Of a DNA stretch of 64,000 nucleotides, positions 40,016 to 54,220 are shown in pieces. How positions within the stretch are numbered: position 1 is the first letter of the stretch; each line of letters opens with the position of its first letter. The translations under genes were made by a program, and so were the position numbers. Origin of the DNA: Hormiphora californensis (Eukaryota > Animalia > Ctenophora); the NCBI GenBank assembly GCA_020137815.1, contig CM035362.1:1-64000 (forward strand). Direction: 5' to 3'. Under the pieces are notes generated by a model. The model searched no databases. It was not told the origin of the DNA and was given only the letters and a program-made list of their open reading frames with translations.

Positions 40016-41273
40016 TATTAAGCCAAAAACTAATTGAATAGTTGGCGGAAAAGGTGGCCATACACTTTTTCGCACAAAAACGAGTTTCATATCGGTATTG
40101 GGTATTCATTAAATTTTAAGGCTGAGTGTAATAGACGTAGGAATCGCAAATACAAATTTCAGGGACGCATCTAAGTAAGGGTACTGGGATACATAGATGG
40201 AAATCGTATCTTCCTCTATTCTCCTGATCTTGCTCTTTTCTCGCCTTATCTCTTCTATTCTCTCTCTCTCTCTCTCTCTCCCACACTCTATCACGCTCTA
40301 TTTCACTGTCTTATTCCATTGTATTCACCTCTTATATCCCTGATCCCGGCAGCGGGCAAAGGTGTAAGTGGGCCACCTTTCCCGCCAACTAATTCAATTA
40401 GTTTTTGGCTTAATTTAGGTACCTTTTTGGTTTTTAATCGCAGAAAGACAGTATTTCATAATGTAATATTGTCGAAATAATGCGATATATGAGAAACGAG
40501 ACGAATTTCTGTGAAAATCGTGTTTTAGACGTCATTATGACGTCATTTTACGTAATTAGTGACGTCGTAACGACGTAATTGCATCACAATATATTTTGAA
40601 TAAATACCCCAAAGGAGCTTATAAAGTTTCATTGACCACAGTGGTCAGGAAAGGGAGTTTTTACTAGAAAAACGTTCAATTTGCTGAATTTTTCGTCAAA
40701 TTTTTGACTTCCGACGCGATTCAAGGGCTCAAAATGATCAGCTACGAAAATTCGAAATAAAGTATCTGAAAGTTCAGACGATTTGCCGGTAACGATTTTT
40801 GGTCAAATTAGAAATCGGAACACGTCTTCAGGGTGCTAGAGGCGTTTGAAAAAAGTTAGTCGGTCTCGCGCAATGACGTCACTCATGACATCATTGCGCG
40901 CGTCATAGGCAAGATGGAGAGTCGCGACCCAGATGGGTACATGTACGAGACAATTATCTGTCGAATGCCGCTTGGTTTAAGGTCGTACGATGTCTGGTTC
41001 GTCTCAAACAGGGACCAAACGGAAGGTAACAAAGCGTCTATACATGTATGTATGTATTAAGCCAAAAACTAATTGAAATTAGTTGGCGGGAAAGGTGACC
41101 CACTTACACCTTTTGCTACTGCCGTGTATCACCACGAACTCTCATTCTATCCCTCGGTATCTCAATAGTCAATATCTTATTTTTCGAGGGTAACTTATTC
41201 CTGTTCGTTCTATCCCTCTCTCTCCTCCCTGTCTCCCTGTCCCTGTCGCTCTCTCTCGTTCTCTCTCTCTCGT

Positions 41274-41320
<47 letters not shown>

Positions 41321-43690
41321 ATCACACTCTCTTTCACTGTCTTATTCCATCATATTCACCTCTTATATCCCTGATCCCGGCAGCAGGCAAAGGTGTAAGT
41401 GGGTCACCTTTCCCGCCAACTAATTTCAATTAGTTTTTGGCTTAATTTAGGTCCCTTTTTGGTTTCTAATCGCAGCATGACCTTATTTCATGATGTAATA
41501 TTGTCGAAATGATGCGGTATATGATAAACGAGGACGAATTTCTGTGAAAATCGTTTTTTAGACGTCATAATGACGTCATTTGACGTAATTAGTGACGTCG
41601 TAACGACGTAATTGCATCACGATATATTTTTAATCAATACCCCAAAGGAGCTTGTAAAGTTTCATTGACCACAGTGGTCAGGAAAGGGAGTTTTTGCTCG
41701 AAAAACGTTCAATTTGCTGAGTTTTTCGTCAAATTTTTGACTTCCGACGCAATTTAAGGGCTCAAAATGATAAGCTACGAAAATTCGCTATATAGTATCT
41801 GAAAGTTCAGACAATTTGCCGGTAACGATTTTTCGTCAAATCAGAAATCGGAACACGTCTTCAGGGTGCTAGAGGCGTTTGAAAAAAGTTAGTCGGTCTC
41901 GCGCAATGACGTCACTCGTGACGTCATTGCGCGCGTCATAGGTAAGATGGAGAGTCGCCACCCAGATGGGTACATGCACGAGACAATTATCTGTCGAATG
42001 CCGCTTGGTTCAAGGTCGTACGATGTCTGGTTCGTCTCAAACTGGGACCAAACGGAAGGTAACAAAGCGTCTATACATCTATCTATCTATCTATGTATGT
42101 ATCAACCTAGTTATCCCCACACTGAATTTTCTGTTTTGGGGGTGGTGTTATAACTTTTGAACAAAAAGAGCTAGCCACTTGAAATTTTTACCATCGATAG
42201 AGGTCTACAAGAAGCTTCTAAGTACAAAATTTCAGCTTCCTAGCTCTTCCGGTTCGGGAGTTATGGCATGTCAAAAAGTGCCAAAATGGGCTAAAAGTAT
42301 GAAATAACTATATATACGCTGTGAGCAAGCGGGCCGTTTTTGGGGAAATTTTTTTTCGGGGGATGGATGGGGTCACCTTTGCGCTTGCCAGCGCAGTGAT
42401 GTATGTATATATATATCAACCTAGTTATCCCCACACTGAATTTTCTGTTTTGGGGGTGGTGTTATAACTTTTGAACAAAATGAGCTAGCCACTTGAAATT
42501 TTTACCATCGATAGATGTCTACAAGAAGCTTCTGAGTACAAAATTTCAGCTTCCTAGCTCATCCGGTTCCGGAGTTATGGCGTGTCAAAAAGTGCCAAAA
42601 TGGGCTAAAAGTATGAAATAACTATATATACGCTCTGAGCAAGCGGGCCGTTCTTTGGGGGAATTTTTTTCGGGGGGTTGGATGGGGCCACCTTTGCGCT
42701 TGCCAGCGCAGTGATGTATCAACCTAGTTATCCCCACACTGAATTTTCTGTTTTGGGGGTGGTGTTATAACTTTTGAACAAAAAGAGCTAGCCACTTGAA
42801 ATTTTTACCATCGATAGATGTCTACAAGAAGCTTCTGAGTACAAAATTTCAGCTTCCTAGCTCATCCGGTTCGGGAGTTATGGCCAGTCAAAAAGTGCCA
42901 AAATGGGCTAAAAGTATGAAATAACTATATAACGCCCACTGCGCATTTTTTGGAGAAATAACACCCGCGCAGTAGCGGGCTGATATGACTGAATCCGAGG
43001 TGATAAATCTCATAACGCCCGCTCTAAAAGTGCAATTTATTACACGCAAGAATTCACCCAAAAAGGTGTGAAAACTCTTTCTTTTGTGTGTGTGTACTGT
43101 TGTGTACACACTGTTTCAAAGAGAAAGAGAGATTGACACAACAAGGGGCGGCAGAATGGCGACAAGAGAGAGAGACAAGAGAGACATTGGTAATCGTTAT
43201 CTCTCTCTATTTAATTAGCACCCAATAGTTCGCTTGTGTGCGTGTGAGTGTCTAGACATGGCTGGAGTTGAAAAGGGAACATATTTGAAGGGTCATCATG
43301 AGTTGTGTTGCCTCTCTCTCGCTGTGTCATTATTTGTTGTTGAACTGTGAAACTTTGATGATGTTGAATAGTTTGTCAAATTGAGTTGAAAAACTTGAAA
43401 GGGGATTAGTGTTGTTCTCTCCTTGCTTGCAGTGGGCGTTATATGCTATAACACCTTATGTGTATCAAATATATCGCCCTCACTACGTTCGGGGCGATAT
43501 ATTGCATATCGTCTCCTTGCTCCGCAAGAAGCCGATATGCGTGCATATCGCACCCCGCGCGGGGTGCGATATACAGATACACACCGGTGTTATAGCACAT
43601 ATATACGCTGTGAGCAAGCGGGCCGTTTTTTGGGGGAATTTTTTTCGGGGGGTTGGATGGGGCCACCTTTGCGCTTGCCAGCGCAGTGAT
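40016..43690. mobile_element. Tandem array of a related Helentron/HINE-like family
   Basis: Two ~1-kb units (from ~40016 and ~41055) starting TATTAAGCCAAAAACTAATTG, then three ~300-bp modules, each ending CACCTTTGCGCTTGCCAGCGCAGTGAT (42400, 42715, 43690); the last carries an inverted-repeat insert (~42948-43443). Confidence 0.65.
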
Positions 43691-44146
43691 ATATAAAAAT
43701 ATATAAAAATATATATAAAATAAACCCTTTTTTCACCCCTTTTACTTTCAAAAAAGGGGATTATTTCTATTGTTCACTTGAATATGTTTCATAGAGTTAA
43801 TTTAAGTGTTTGAGAGGGTGATAGCTGTTTTACATAATTGAGAATGTGTTCAAAAGTGAATTATGCACTGTCAAAAGTAGAACTGGTGAAGAGAGGTTCC
43901 GGCCTAATAATATCTACCAGTTTTGGTGCGATTTCAATCATTTTTTGTATGTTGATCCGTGCAGATGTACTAGAACTGGTGAAGAGAGGTTGGGATCGCG
44001 AAACTAAAAAAACAAATCATTTTTGACGTCATTTTGAAGTCATGACGTTATTGACGCGACGTCACGATGTTACAAACGTCACATTGATGACGGAAAATCA
44101 TCAGGATTATCTAGATGAAGATGCTGACCAAGTTTGAGATCAATTG

Positions 44147-45548
44147 CACAGTGGGTAACGATGCTATATTAGGAAAAAAATAAATTTTGCTGAAACTTCG
44201 TATATTTGTAGGAAATTGTCTGTTCTATCAGCTAAAAAAAGTCGCATCAAAAAATATTGAGATTCGACCGAGTTATGACTAAAAATATGATGCTCATATG
44301 GAAATTTTCACACTTAATTCAGTTTTCAAAGTTTAAATTGGCTGTTTTTATACCTTTTTTTCGGAATTATGTACATGTTTTCTCCAAAATTTCATTACAT
44401 GATATTATAAAACATAAATTTATCTTTCTTGTGGTTTTAAGTTCATGAAATTATGTTTTACTGTCTGCTGTCAGTGGAAAATTCCGTGTGCATGGTAAAA
44501 ATTGACCCATTTTTTAAGCGAAAAAAGTAAAAATAGTTTAGACGGCGCCCGACTGCGCCATATTTCTTGATGGGACATGTTAATATGGACCCTCCTGAAC
44601 ATCGTACAAGTGGAGATTGCGACGCGACTGGACGCAAAAGTTGCATAATAATGCGATTAAACTTAGAAATTTTGATAAAAACTGGAGAAGGAGAAATGTA
44701 ACTTCCGTTAGAAACGGGATAGAGACAATTACAACCACACCAAAATGTGTAGCGTCCTCGCATTAGTGGGGGTAGGTGCCGGAATTAAGTCGCCATCTCA
44801 TTTGATTAATTAGATAATTGGATAATTAGATATGCGCATAGCCATATTTAGCTATTATACGGTTTAACCGGTTCAGAGTAGGTTTAGCCCAATTTCCCTT
44901 GGCAAATCGATAGAAAATGCCCATATTTACATAGTAGTTATGAAAAAAGACATAGATTTTAAATATATGACCGATAATGAACCATTTGAACCACAATTAC
45001 CAAAATGCGGCTATGCGCATATCTAATTATTCAATTATCTAATTAACCAGATGAGATAGCGACTTAATTCCGGCACCTACCCCCACTAATGCGAGGACGC
45101 TACACACTTTAGTGCCCTTAATTTTATCTCTACTCCTTTCCTAAGTGTAGTTACACTTATAACCCTACAGTCAAAGTAAAGGTGCCACGCCCACCCGGAA
45201 ATGGACCCTTTTTACCACGAATAAATGATGCCATCGATTGTAATCGATAAAGATGACCTTTATGGACACATTTGTGGTGAAAATCTTTTGTCACACACTT
45301 TCCCCTGTTATTACTGACTTATCCGCTTCTTAACAATTTTCTACCCTTTTTTTAACGAAAATAGACTTCCCGTCGAGTGTCCTCAAGCCTCATCCGGGTG
45401 TAAAAAGTCCAAAATTTTGGTATCTAGGTATATTAACTTGCTTTTAAGTCCATTTTGAGGGCTATTTAAGACAAAGAAATGTCTGAATGATGCCTAGATA
45501 AAGTATAATTCCCTAATATAGCATCCCCCCCGTTTCTTACCCACTGTG
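44147..45548. mobile_element. Non-autonomous DNA transposon with CACAGTGGG termini
   Basis: CACAGTGGGTAA.GATGCTATATTAGG ... CCTAATATAGCATC...TTACCCACTGTG; internal inverted pair at ~44748-45105. Confidence 0.6.
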
Positions 45549-46750
45549 GAGCAGCCTGTCGCTTAGATACCGCCTAACGAACGGCCACTTCGACGACGTT
45601 CATCTCCAAATTATAATAGAGACTAGCGCACCCATTGGGTGTGCCTCAAGTATGGGCTTTTTGATTACCCACCCGGCTTCGCCGGGTGGTTCTTTTCGCC
45701 CCTTTCCACGTCAATAACACGGTTGCCATGGCAACTGAATTGATAAATATGGGGACTGGCACTTTGAAAGTCATTCGAAAATATTAACAAACTTCCACTG
45801 GAAGTTCCAAAAGTGTAAATGGCAGCTTTACAGCTTTGGGTACATGAAGTGTTTTATGAAGGAGCAGTCTGTCGCGTAGATACCGCCTAACGAACGACCA
45901 TCACGCGACATCTTCAAATTATAATATAGACTAGCGCACCCATTGGGTGCGCCTCAAGTAAGGGCTTTTTGACAACCCACCTGGCTTCGCCGGGCGGTTC
46001 TTTTCGCCCCTTTGAACGTCAATAAAACGGTTGCCATGGCAACTGAATTGGTAACTATGGGGACTGGCATGTTAAAATTCATTCGAAAATGTTATTAAAC
46101 TTCCACTGGGAGTTCCAAAAGTGTGAGCAACAGCTTTACAGCTTTGGGCCTATAAAGTATTTTATGAAGGAGCAGTCTGTCGCTTAGATACCGCTGAACG
46201 AACGACCACTTCGACGTTCATCTCCAAATTATAATATAGACTAGCGCACCCATTGGGTGCACCTCAAGTAAGGGCTTTTTGATAACCCACCCGGCTTCGC
46301 CGGGCGGTTCTTTTCGCCTCTTTCAACGTCAATAACACGGTTGCCATGGCAACTGAATTGGTAACTATGGGGACTGGCATGTTAAAAGTCATTCAAAATA
46401 TTAATAAACTTCCACTGGAAGTTCCAAAACTGTGAGTAACAGCTTTACAGCTTTGGGCACATAAACTGTTTTATGAAGGAGCAGCCTGTCGCGTAGATAC
46501 CGCTGAACGAACGGCCATCACGACGTCGTTCATCTCCAAATTATAACAACTGAATTGGTAACTATAGGGGCTGGTATGTTAAAAGTCATTCGAAAGTATT
46601 AAGAAACTTCCACCGGAAGTTCCAAAGTGTGAATGACAGCTTATACAGCTTTGGTCATATGAAGTGTTTTATGAAGGAGCAGACTGTCGCTTAGATACCG
46701 CTGAACGAACGACTTCGACCACGACGTTCATCTCCAAATTATAATAGAGA
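45549..46750 (-). mobile_element. Head-to-tail tandem array of a ~310-bp non-autonomous Helitron
   Basis: On the minus strand, units start TCT(A/C)TATTATAATTTG and end with the hairpins CCCGGCGAAGCCGGG and CGCACCCAATGGGTGCG followed by CTAG; CTAG|TC junctions near 45622, 45930 and 46240; outer 5' end is A|TC at 46750. Confidence 0.75.
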
Positions 46751-48297
46751 TGGTTTTGGTCTGACTTGTTAACTCAGTTGTTAAAAAGTTAATTATATAT
46801 GAAACGTCAAACGTGAAGGGGTTAGTTCAATCACCTGATATCCTTCAATGTAGATGTACAGTCACTTTAAGAGCATGGGACCTTCACTAAAGTGTTCCTT
46901 GGATCAAAAAACTAAGTTGGTGAAGGTCCCATGCTTTTAACTTGTCTTTTAAGCTTGCACGTGCATGGGCGTTCCTAGTCATGAATGAATTTCAAACATA
47001 ACATAGAGATGTCATCTTTTCACCAAACTTTTAATCGGACACCAAGCAAATGTAACAAACAATTGGTTAAGACATTATTCCTCTCACTTTAACGGTGCAC
47101 ACTAAAAAGATTCCAACTATTCCAGACCTCATAAGTGACTTTTTGACCCGTCGACCCCCCCCCCCTTTGATAGACGCTGATAAAAATAAATACAAATAAG
47201 TGACAGAAAACCATCACTTCCCAGCTATTACTTTGTAATGTAAACTAAAGTGGCTGGAATTGAGATTTAAAAAGATTAAAAATAACACTTTAACAAATTA
47301 TACTTAGTCCAGCTGTTTGGCTATTAGTGGTAAAGGATTAAGATTTGAGGGTTCATTAAAACATGTTTCATAAACCGTGTCATAGCATTTTAATCTACAT
47401 GAGAAATGAGAATATCCCACGAAGCTTTTTATAATACCTGGAAGAAATATAGATATAATAATACCCGGACACTGGACAGAGTTTAGGACAGTGGTAAGGA
47501 GCCGCTTTCAAGCTCAAAGGTCACCATCTCGTCTTGGACTGAAAGTAAGAGTGGACAGAATCAGAATTGGACAAGTTTTTTTGGAGGTTGTAGAGAATAG
47601 TTCTATGAGCATTGAGCAATGCATTTTGCCGCTCAAAACCGACCCATCCATCACTGAGATATTTTTGTTACTCTCGGGGAATTCCTGCTGGATCAATATT
47701 TATCAAACAGGATAGAAACAATCCTTGTGTTTTACTAACAAATTCTTTAAATTTTTAACATGCTGAATTGCATTGCTCTGCTTCTGTGCATGGACATGTC
47801 AACCTCACTACTTATATTCAGAACGTGTTAGTAAAACACGACGATTGATTCTATCCTGTTTTTTGCATACTGATTAAACAGGAATTCCCCGAGAGTAACA
47901 AAAATATCTCAGTAATGGATGGGTCGATTTTGAGCGGCAAAAAGGCAAAATGCTCATAGAACTAATCTCTACAACCTCCCAAAAACTTGTCCAATTCTGA
48001 TTCTGTCCACTCTCACTTGAAGTTTGAGAATGGTCACATTAATTACTGAATTCTGAGGGAATTTTTTCGGGGGTTAGATGGGTCACCTTGCCAGCGCAGT
48101 GATACATCAGCGGTTACCATAATATTATTCACCTAACGACTTTATGTGGACCCAAGTCTGAAAAATATTTAGGAAATAATTATGAAAAGTACTCTACTCG
48201 ATAGTACTGTCTGTAATTGCCTTCCTCAACCCTCTCTCACATATTGTCTAGGTGTGTTAGGTCATATCAAGTAGGTAACAGAAACCCCTCTTTTTAG

Positions 48298-48419
48298 CCA
48301 GCTGCTGTGTAGTGAAAGTATAGCATCCTACATGGATGAGCACTTCGTAGTGTGGCCCTTCGACCTTACCAATAGGAGGCTGCAGAAAGAGTGTCTAGAT
48401 GAATGTATAAACATTTTCG
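48298..48419 (+). CDS. FAF1: FAF1 exon (UAS domain)
   Basis: tttttag| (S)QLLCSESIASYMDEHFVVWPFDLTNRRLQKECLDECINIF(G) |gtaagt; compare SQMLCAESIVSYLSQNFITWAWDLT. Confidence 0.92.
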
Positions 48420-48543
48420 GTAAGTTACCGGATTTGACTTGTTAACTCAGTTGTTAAAAAGTTAATTATATATGAAACGTGAAGGGGTTAGTTCAATCAC
48501 TTGATATCCTTCAATGTAGATGTACATTGTACAGTCACTTTAA

Positions 48544-49234
48544 GGGTACACCTGGCGTTTTTCATCATCGAGTGCCCAACCAAATGACTTCACCAGGGTT
48601 TAGGCCATACAAAATGGACCTCAAATATGCAATTTTAGCCCTAAAGTTGAATTCATATTTTTGCTACAGCCTATTTTCAAAGTGGCGTTTTTTCAATTGT
48701 TGGTGGAATTATTTGTGCTGTTGCACCTCCCAATAATAGTATGAACAATACAAGGAATTTTTAACCTCAGGACCACTTTTTTTGAGATAGAAACATTAAA
48801 TTCTTGGAATTTGAAGAGAATATAATAAAGGTAAATAAGCCCAAAGAAGGATTTTTGAAATGGAGCTAATTTATGGCCATGAGAACGGTTTACTTTTTTG
48901 CTTCTTTGACACGCTGGCTGAGAATGTTCCCATGCTTCATTAGAGATGAAAATCTGGAAATAGTTGCTCAAAACGATTATCTATGTGGCCCAAAAATTTT
49001 GGAACTTTCCCGCCAAAGATGTGGTGTACAGAGCTTGTTTTGTGAAACCCATCTTTTTGAAAAAGAGGGAGATTCCCTGTATCTCAAAAACGCCACTTTG
49101 AAAATAGGCTGTAGCAAAAATATGAATTCGACTTTAGGGCTAAAATTGCATATTTGAGGTCCATTTTGTATGGCCTAAACCCTGGTGAAGTCATTTGGTT
49201 GGGCACTCGATGATGAAAAACGCCAGGTGTACCC
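48544..49234. mobile_element. TTAA-targeting MITE (Kolobok-like)
   Basis: TTAA|GGGTACACCTGGCG...CGCCAGGTGTACCC|TTAA with ~145-bp TIRs. Confidence 0.85.
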
Positions 49235-49586
49235 TTAAAAGGGTACGGTAAATGGAGAGTTGAATTACAGGTGTGTCAATATTGAAATTTGAATAAATCT
49301 AACTAAACTTTAGTTAGATTTATTACTAAAGTCCAATTTACAGGCCGCCGCTTATCAATTTGTAGCGTATGGTGTACAGGTATTTTTGGTTCCTGATGAG
49401 AAACAATGCATGATTCCGCCTGTGACATTGGAAGATAAACATTTTTCTTTCTAACGCAACCAGGATCAAGTCTTCATCTTATCAGGAACCGGAGATATAT
49501 GACCAATTAACGAATTGAGTGTGCGGCGGCCTGGACTATATAATACAGAAGCTTGTATCGGCTCTAGTAATGATAATGTAACACAG

Positions 49587-49694
49587 GTGTAGAAGCTAGG
49601 CAAGCTATGGAGAGGAGAGTACCTGACAAACTGCCTATGTTGGTGGTTATTACCAAGGTGAAGGGTTCGCCCCAGGTCTTTAGCATGTTCGGCA
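49587..49694 (+). CDS. FAF1: FAF1 exon (UAS domain)
   Basis: acacag| (G)VEARQAMERRVPDKLPMLVVITKVKGSPQVFSMFG |gtaagt; compare DQFPLFLII; phases 1 to 1. Confidence 0.85.
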
Positions 49695-49779
49695 GTAAGT
49701 GTAGCTAACTTCAAACTTACTTTAATAGTTACCCTACCAGAGGTTAGTCTAACGTTTACACCCTCAAACGAACGTTTAA

Positions 49780-50439
49780 AGTAAGAGTGGCGTGCCGTGT
49801 TTTTTCACAAAACTTAGTGGATGAACGGGGAGTACCACCAGGACCATTGGTACGGTATCGAAAATCTCCAATTCTGTCTCGTTCATTAGTTATGACGTAA
49901 TATGTTCATTATTTAAACTTTTATAAAATTGCTCTTCAGAAAAATCTGTGCATTGTGGATTAAAATGGATGCTTGCATCGTGTTCAGCGTCAAAAAATAG
50001 CCGGGGTACCAAATTTTGGTGTCTCTACCTTGTCTGTGGCGCGAGATATCGACAATTATCAAAAACGACCAAAATGGGAGAAAGAGAGTTCGTTATTTTT
50101 GGGTGCTCGTTGTTTGTGCGCGCCACCCAAAAGTAACAAACTCTCTTTCTCTCACTTTGGTCGTTTTTGATATTTTTCAATATCTCGCGTCACAGAGACA
50201 CCAAAATTTGGTACCCCGGCTATTTTTGACGCTGAACACGATGCAAGCATCCATTTCAATCCACAATGCACAGATTTTTCTGTAGAGCAATTTTATAAAA
50301 GTTGAAATAATGAACATATTACGTCATAACTAATGAACGAGAAAGAATTGGAAATTTTCGATACCGTACCAATGGTCCTGGTGGTACTCCCCGTTCATCC
50401 ACTAAGTTTTGTGAGAAAACACGGTGCGCCACTCTTACT
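49780..50439. mobile_element. TTAA-targeting fully palindromic MITE (~660 bp)
   Basis: TTAA|AGTAAGAGTGGCG...CGCCACTCTTACT|TTAA; arms of ~310 bp. Confidence 0.88.
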
Positions 50440-50554
50440 TTAATGATCGATTAATAGACGCTACGTAATGACCAATGTATAGGAAATCTTAATGACTCTC
50501 CGGAGATCTCCTTGCGTAGGTCCACACTAAAATCCTCATTTCAAATCTTTCCAG

Positions 50555-50643
50555 GTGAGATAAACCCAGATCTGTTGATGGCATCCCTGGTAGACGCCAC
50601 GGAGAACTACGCTCAGACTAAATCTCTGGAACGTGCTACTGAG
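50555..50643 (+). CDS. FAF1: FAF1 exon (end of UAS domain)
   Basis: ctttccag| (S)EINPDLLMASLVDATENYAQTKSLERATE |gttcgt; compare TTVDELMMRLMAAME. Confidence 0.85.
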
Positions 50644-50759
50644 GTTCGTAAAGTCGGATTTTTTGAATTTGTAACCTCTTTTGACGTGCGGCGTTGTATT
50701 TGTGCGTGACAGCCCCGACTAGTTCTCTCTACTCTGTGGACGCAATTTTCGATTTGCCG

Positions 50760-51314
50760 CATTCTGCGTCTAGACGATGTAGCAACGCCGTCTAGACGGT
50801 GTCTAGATGGTATACCGTCTAGACGGGTTTTGATAAATCCGCTAAAAACGGTACGGAATTGCTTGAAACGGAGTAAAAAGGTGCTTGATCAAGCTTGAGA
50901 CGGGTTATTTACGGTATCAGACGGTGTTGCAACGGTATCAGACATCGTCTGGACGGTCTCTAGACGGTACCGTCTTGGCGTCTGGAAGGTGTCTAGACGG
51001 TGTCGTATCAAAGTTGAGACGGCACGTCTGAAAATTGTACCAGAAGTTGAGACTGTAACTCAGACGGGGTTCTGAAAGTACACAAAAGTACACAGTCTAA
51101 AGGAAAATCGATGAATGTATCGTCTAAGCAACGTCTCAACTGAAACCGGTAAACATACCGTCTAAACTTGTTGAGTAAGGGGGAAGAGTCTTCCCCCTTA
51201 CTCAACAAGTCTAAACAAAGTCTAAGCAAAATCTCGCGATTCAATTTCAAATACCGTCTAAACAACTTCTAGATAATGTCTGAAAGAATGGTTTCTAGAC
51301 TCGACCGGGCAGGG
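50760..51314. repeat. Dispersed CCGTCTAGAC(GG) motif array, probably a DNA-transposon subterminal region
   Basis: Many degenerate CGTCTAGACG copies in both orientations. Confidence 0.55.
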
Positions 51315-51709
51315 TTTTTGCCTTTTGGAGATCATTCTGGATTACCCATGCCAAAAAATCCAAATCCACGCCAAAAAAACATCTTAGGAAACGAGTAGAG
51401 AAAAAACTAAGGGCACTAAAGTTATCAGCGCCCTCGCATTAGTGGGGGTAGACGCCCATCAAAAATCTCTACCTCATTTGGTTAATTAGTTAATTGGATA
51501 ATTAGATCTACACATAGTCCTTTTTGGCCATATGGCTATAGCCACTTAGGAATGGTTTAGAGACATTTCACTGGTGCCATATTGTAGGCAATGGCCAAGT
51601 TATGGGGGGTCGACGTCGAACTTTTAAGCTCTATCTCGAACCGTTTAGCCGTTATTTGGCTTTAAAGGTGCTCAAAATGAGCAAAAAACGGTAAAAAGCC
51701 CGATTTTGA

Positions 51710-51931
<222 letters not shown>

Positions 51932-52037
51932 TTTATGTATGTAATGTGATCCCCAAGTTTGCAAGGAGTTGTGATTCGTAACAGAAATATATACCTACAA
52001 ATCACATCGCCAGTCGCCACATTCGTTTCTGTTTCAG

Positions 52038-52103
52038 ATGGAGCAGGAGCAGCGGTCTATGTTACGGGAGGAGCAGGAACGTGAATACCGGGATTCATTG
52101 CAG
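52038..52103 (+). CDS. FAF1: FAF1 exon (coiled coil)
   Basis: gtttcag| MEQEQRSMLREEQEREYRDSLQ |gtcaga; compare RENVKREQDEAYRLSLE. Confidence 0.88.
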
Positions 52104-52541
52104 GTCAGAGTCTGAGTTACTATGGTAATGACAGTGTTATCGTTACAGTTCATTCCTGTTTATAGTTTACGGTCATTTTTACGCTGGTTAACCTTTGAAT
52201 TACAAAGAATTACAAGTTCCTTTTGCACTCTACTCTACAGTCGGAACCCGATTAATCGGGCCGGGATGCTCGGGGGAAAGGGCTATGCCCGGTATATCGG
52301 GTTGGTATTATCAGAGAGAGAGATGCCAGAGAGAGAAAGCAGAGAGATAGCAGAGAGAGAGAGAGAGAGAGAGATAGCAGAGCTAGAGAGATAGCAGATA
52401 GAGATAGCAGAGAGAGAAAGCAGAGAGAGAAAGTAGAGAGAGATAACAGAGAGAAAGAGAAAGCAGAGAGAGATAGCAGAGAGAGATAGCAGAGAGAGAG
52501 ATACTAGAGAGAAAGCAGAGAGAGAAAGCAGAGAGAGAGAT

Positions 52542-53154
52542 GGGGGGGGGTCCAGCCCTAAAAAAAGCTAAAGGTACCCTGATTTTGGTCGATAGCGTTT
52601 TTTATTTTAGCTTTTTTTAGCTTTTTTTAGCTTTTTTTAGCCCTACTTTTTATGTTTTTTCAGCATTCATCTTGACACTTTTCCATTAAATTTTCATCCT
52701 TCCGGACGTCTATTGACTGCATTTGTTCATTTCCTGCACATTTTTTTACCATAATCTACCGTTTATGTCCATACATAGCAATTTATGTATCCACCCCTAC
52801 TGCTATTTTCTGGAGACATTTTTTCGATAAAAATATTATTCAAATTTGATAAAAATAGTTTTAAAAAAGTTCAAAAAACGTTATAAAACGTTATAATAAA
52901 AGTTTAAAAAATTTGGCGTCAGCGGGATTCGAACCTATATGAATCCACTAAAAACTCAATTTTAGCTTTTTTTAGCTTTTTTTAGCTTTTTTTAGCCTCA
53001 AAAAAGCTAAATAAAGCTAAATAAAGCTAAAAAAGCTAAAAAAAGCTAAAAAAGGCTAAAAAAAGCTAAAAAAAGCTAAAAAAAAGCTAAAAAAAGCTAA
53101 AGGTACCCTGATTTTGGCCGTTAGCTTAGCTTTTTTTAGGGCTGGACCCCCCCC
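52542..53154. mobile_element. Poly-G/poly-C-ended MITE inserted in a (GAGATAGCA)-type minisatellite
   Basis: G-run+TCCAGCCCTAAAAAAAGCTA is inverted at the far end; AAAAAAGCTA 10-mer arrays. Confidence 0.75.
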
Positions 53155-54220
53155 AGAGATACCAGAGAGATACTAGAGAGAAAGCAGAGAGATAGCAGAG
53201 CTATAGAGAGATAGCAGAGAGAGATAGCAGAGAGAGATAGCAGAGGGAGATAGCAGGGATAGATAGCAGAGAGAGATAGTAGAGCTAGAGAGGTAGCAGA
53301 GAGAGATAGCAGAGAAAGATAGCAGAGAGAGTCGAGAGATAGCAGAGAGAGAAAGCAGAGATAGAGAGGTGGGACTAAGGGGAACTTGAGAGATATGAAA
53401 AGAACGAGGAAGAGGGATATTTAGTGTACGTTGCTTGAGCAATTGATCGATTGCTAGCAATCCCACACAAAAACCAAAGAAAACGAATTTTCTGTGTTAC
53501 GAACGTTTCATGGATAAAACCAATCTTCAGACGATAGCTTGCAATCGATCAATTGTAATCACCCGTGCTAAAAAGACCATCCGGGTGAATGCCCTTCGGA
53601 TTTTTTGAAGTTGTCACCTCCCCCCCCTGGGTTGGAAACTTGTTTTGGCTCTCACGCCTTTGTTTTTTGACCAACAAGACAAAATATGACATTAGTCTAT
53701 TTAATTCTTGTCAAAATACGGCTTAGTGGGGGTAGGTGCTGGAATTAAGTCTCATCTGGTTAATTAGATAATTGGATAATTAGGTCTGCGCATAACCGTT
53801 TTTTGGCTGTATGGCTATAGCCACTTAGGAATGGTTTAGAGACTTTTCACTGGTGCCATTTTATTCATAAATGAATTTTAATCTAATTTTAATTTAATTA
53901 ATAATATAAGAGTTGTGGGAAACCTCCCCCCAACAGGTAGAGCTTAGAACTTTTTTTGGTGTCTTAGGAGGTCCCTGGCTAACATTTAGTGAAGGAATTA
54001 GCTTGCCCCCCAAAAATATGAAGTCATGGCAAGAATTCAATGGACTACATCTAAAATCCGGTCGCACATAGCAATTGTCATATTAGGTTGGGTTTAGCTT
54101 TTATGCCGAGTTTGAAAAAAACACATTGGTAAAGGAATTAGCTTGTCACAAATTGCTTCCCAGTCACACAGCTAACATCCTATACTACTACTCTCACATT
54201 CATCCCCTTCTTACTATCAG

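Noticed and set aside
45549-46750. Regular repeats with palindromes that superficially suggest a CRISPR array
   Set aside because: Whole ~310-bp units repeat with no unique spacers, there are no cas genes, the context is eukaryotic, and Helitron ends explain the structure.
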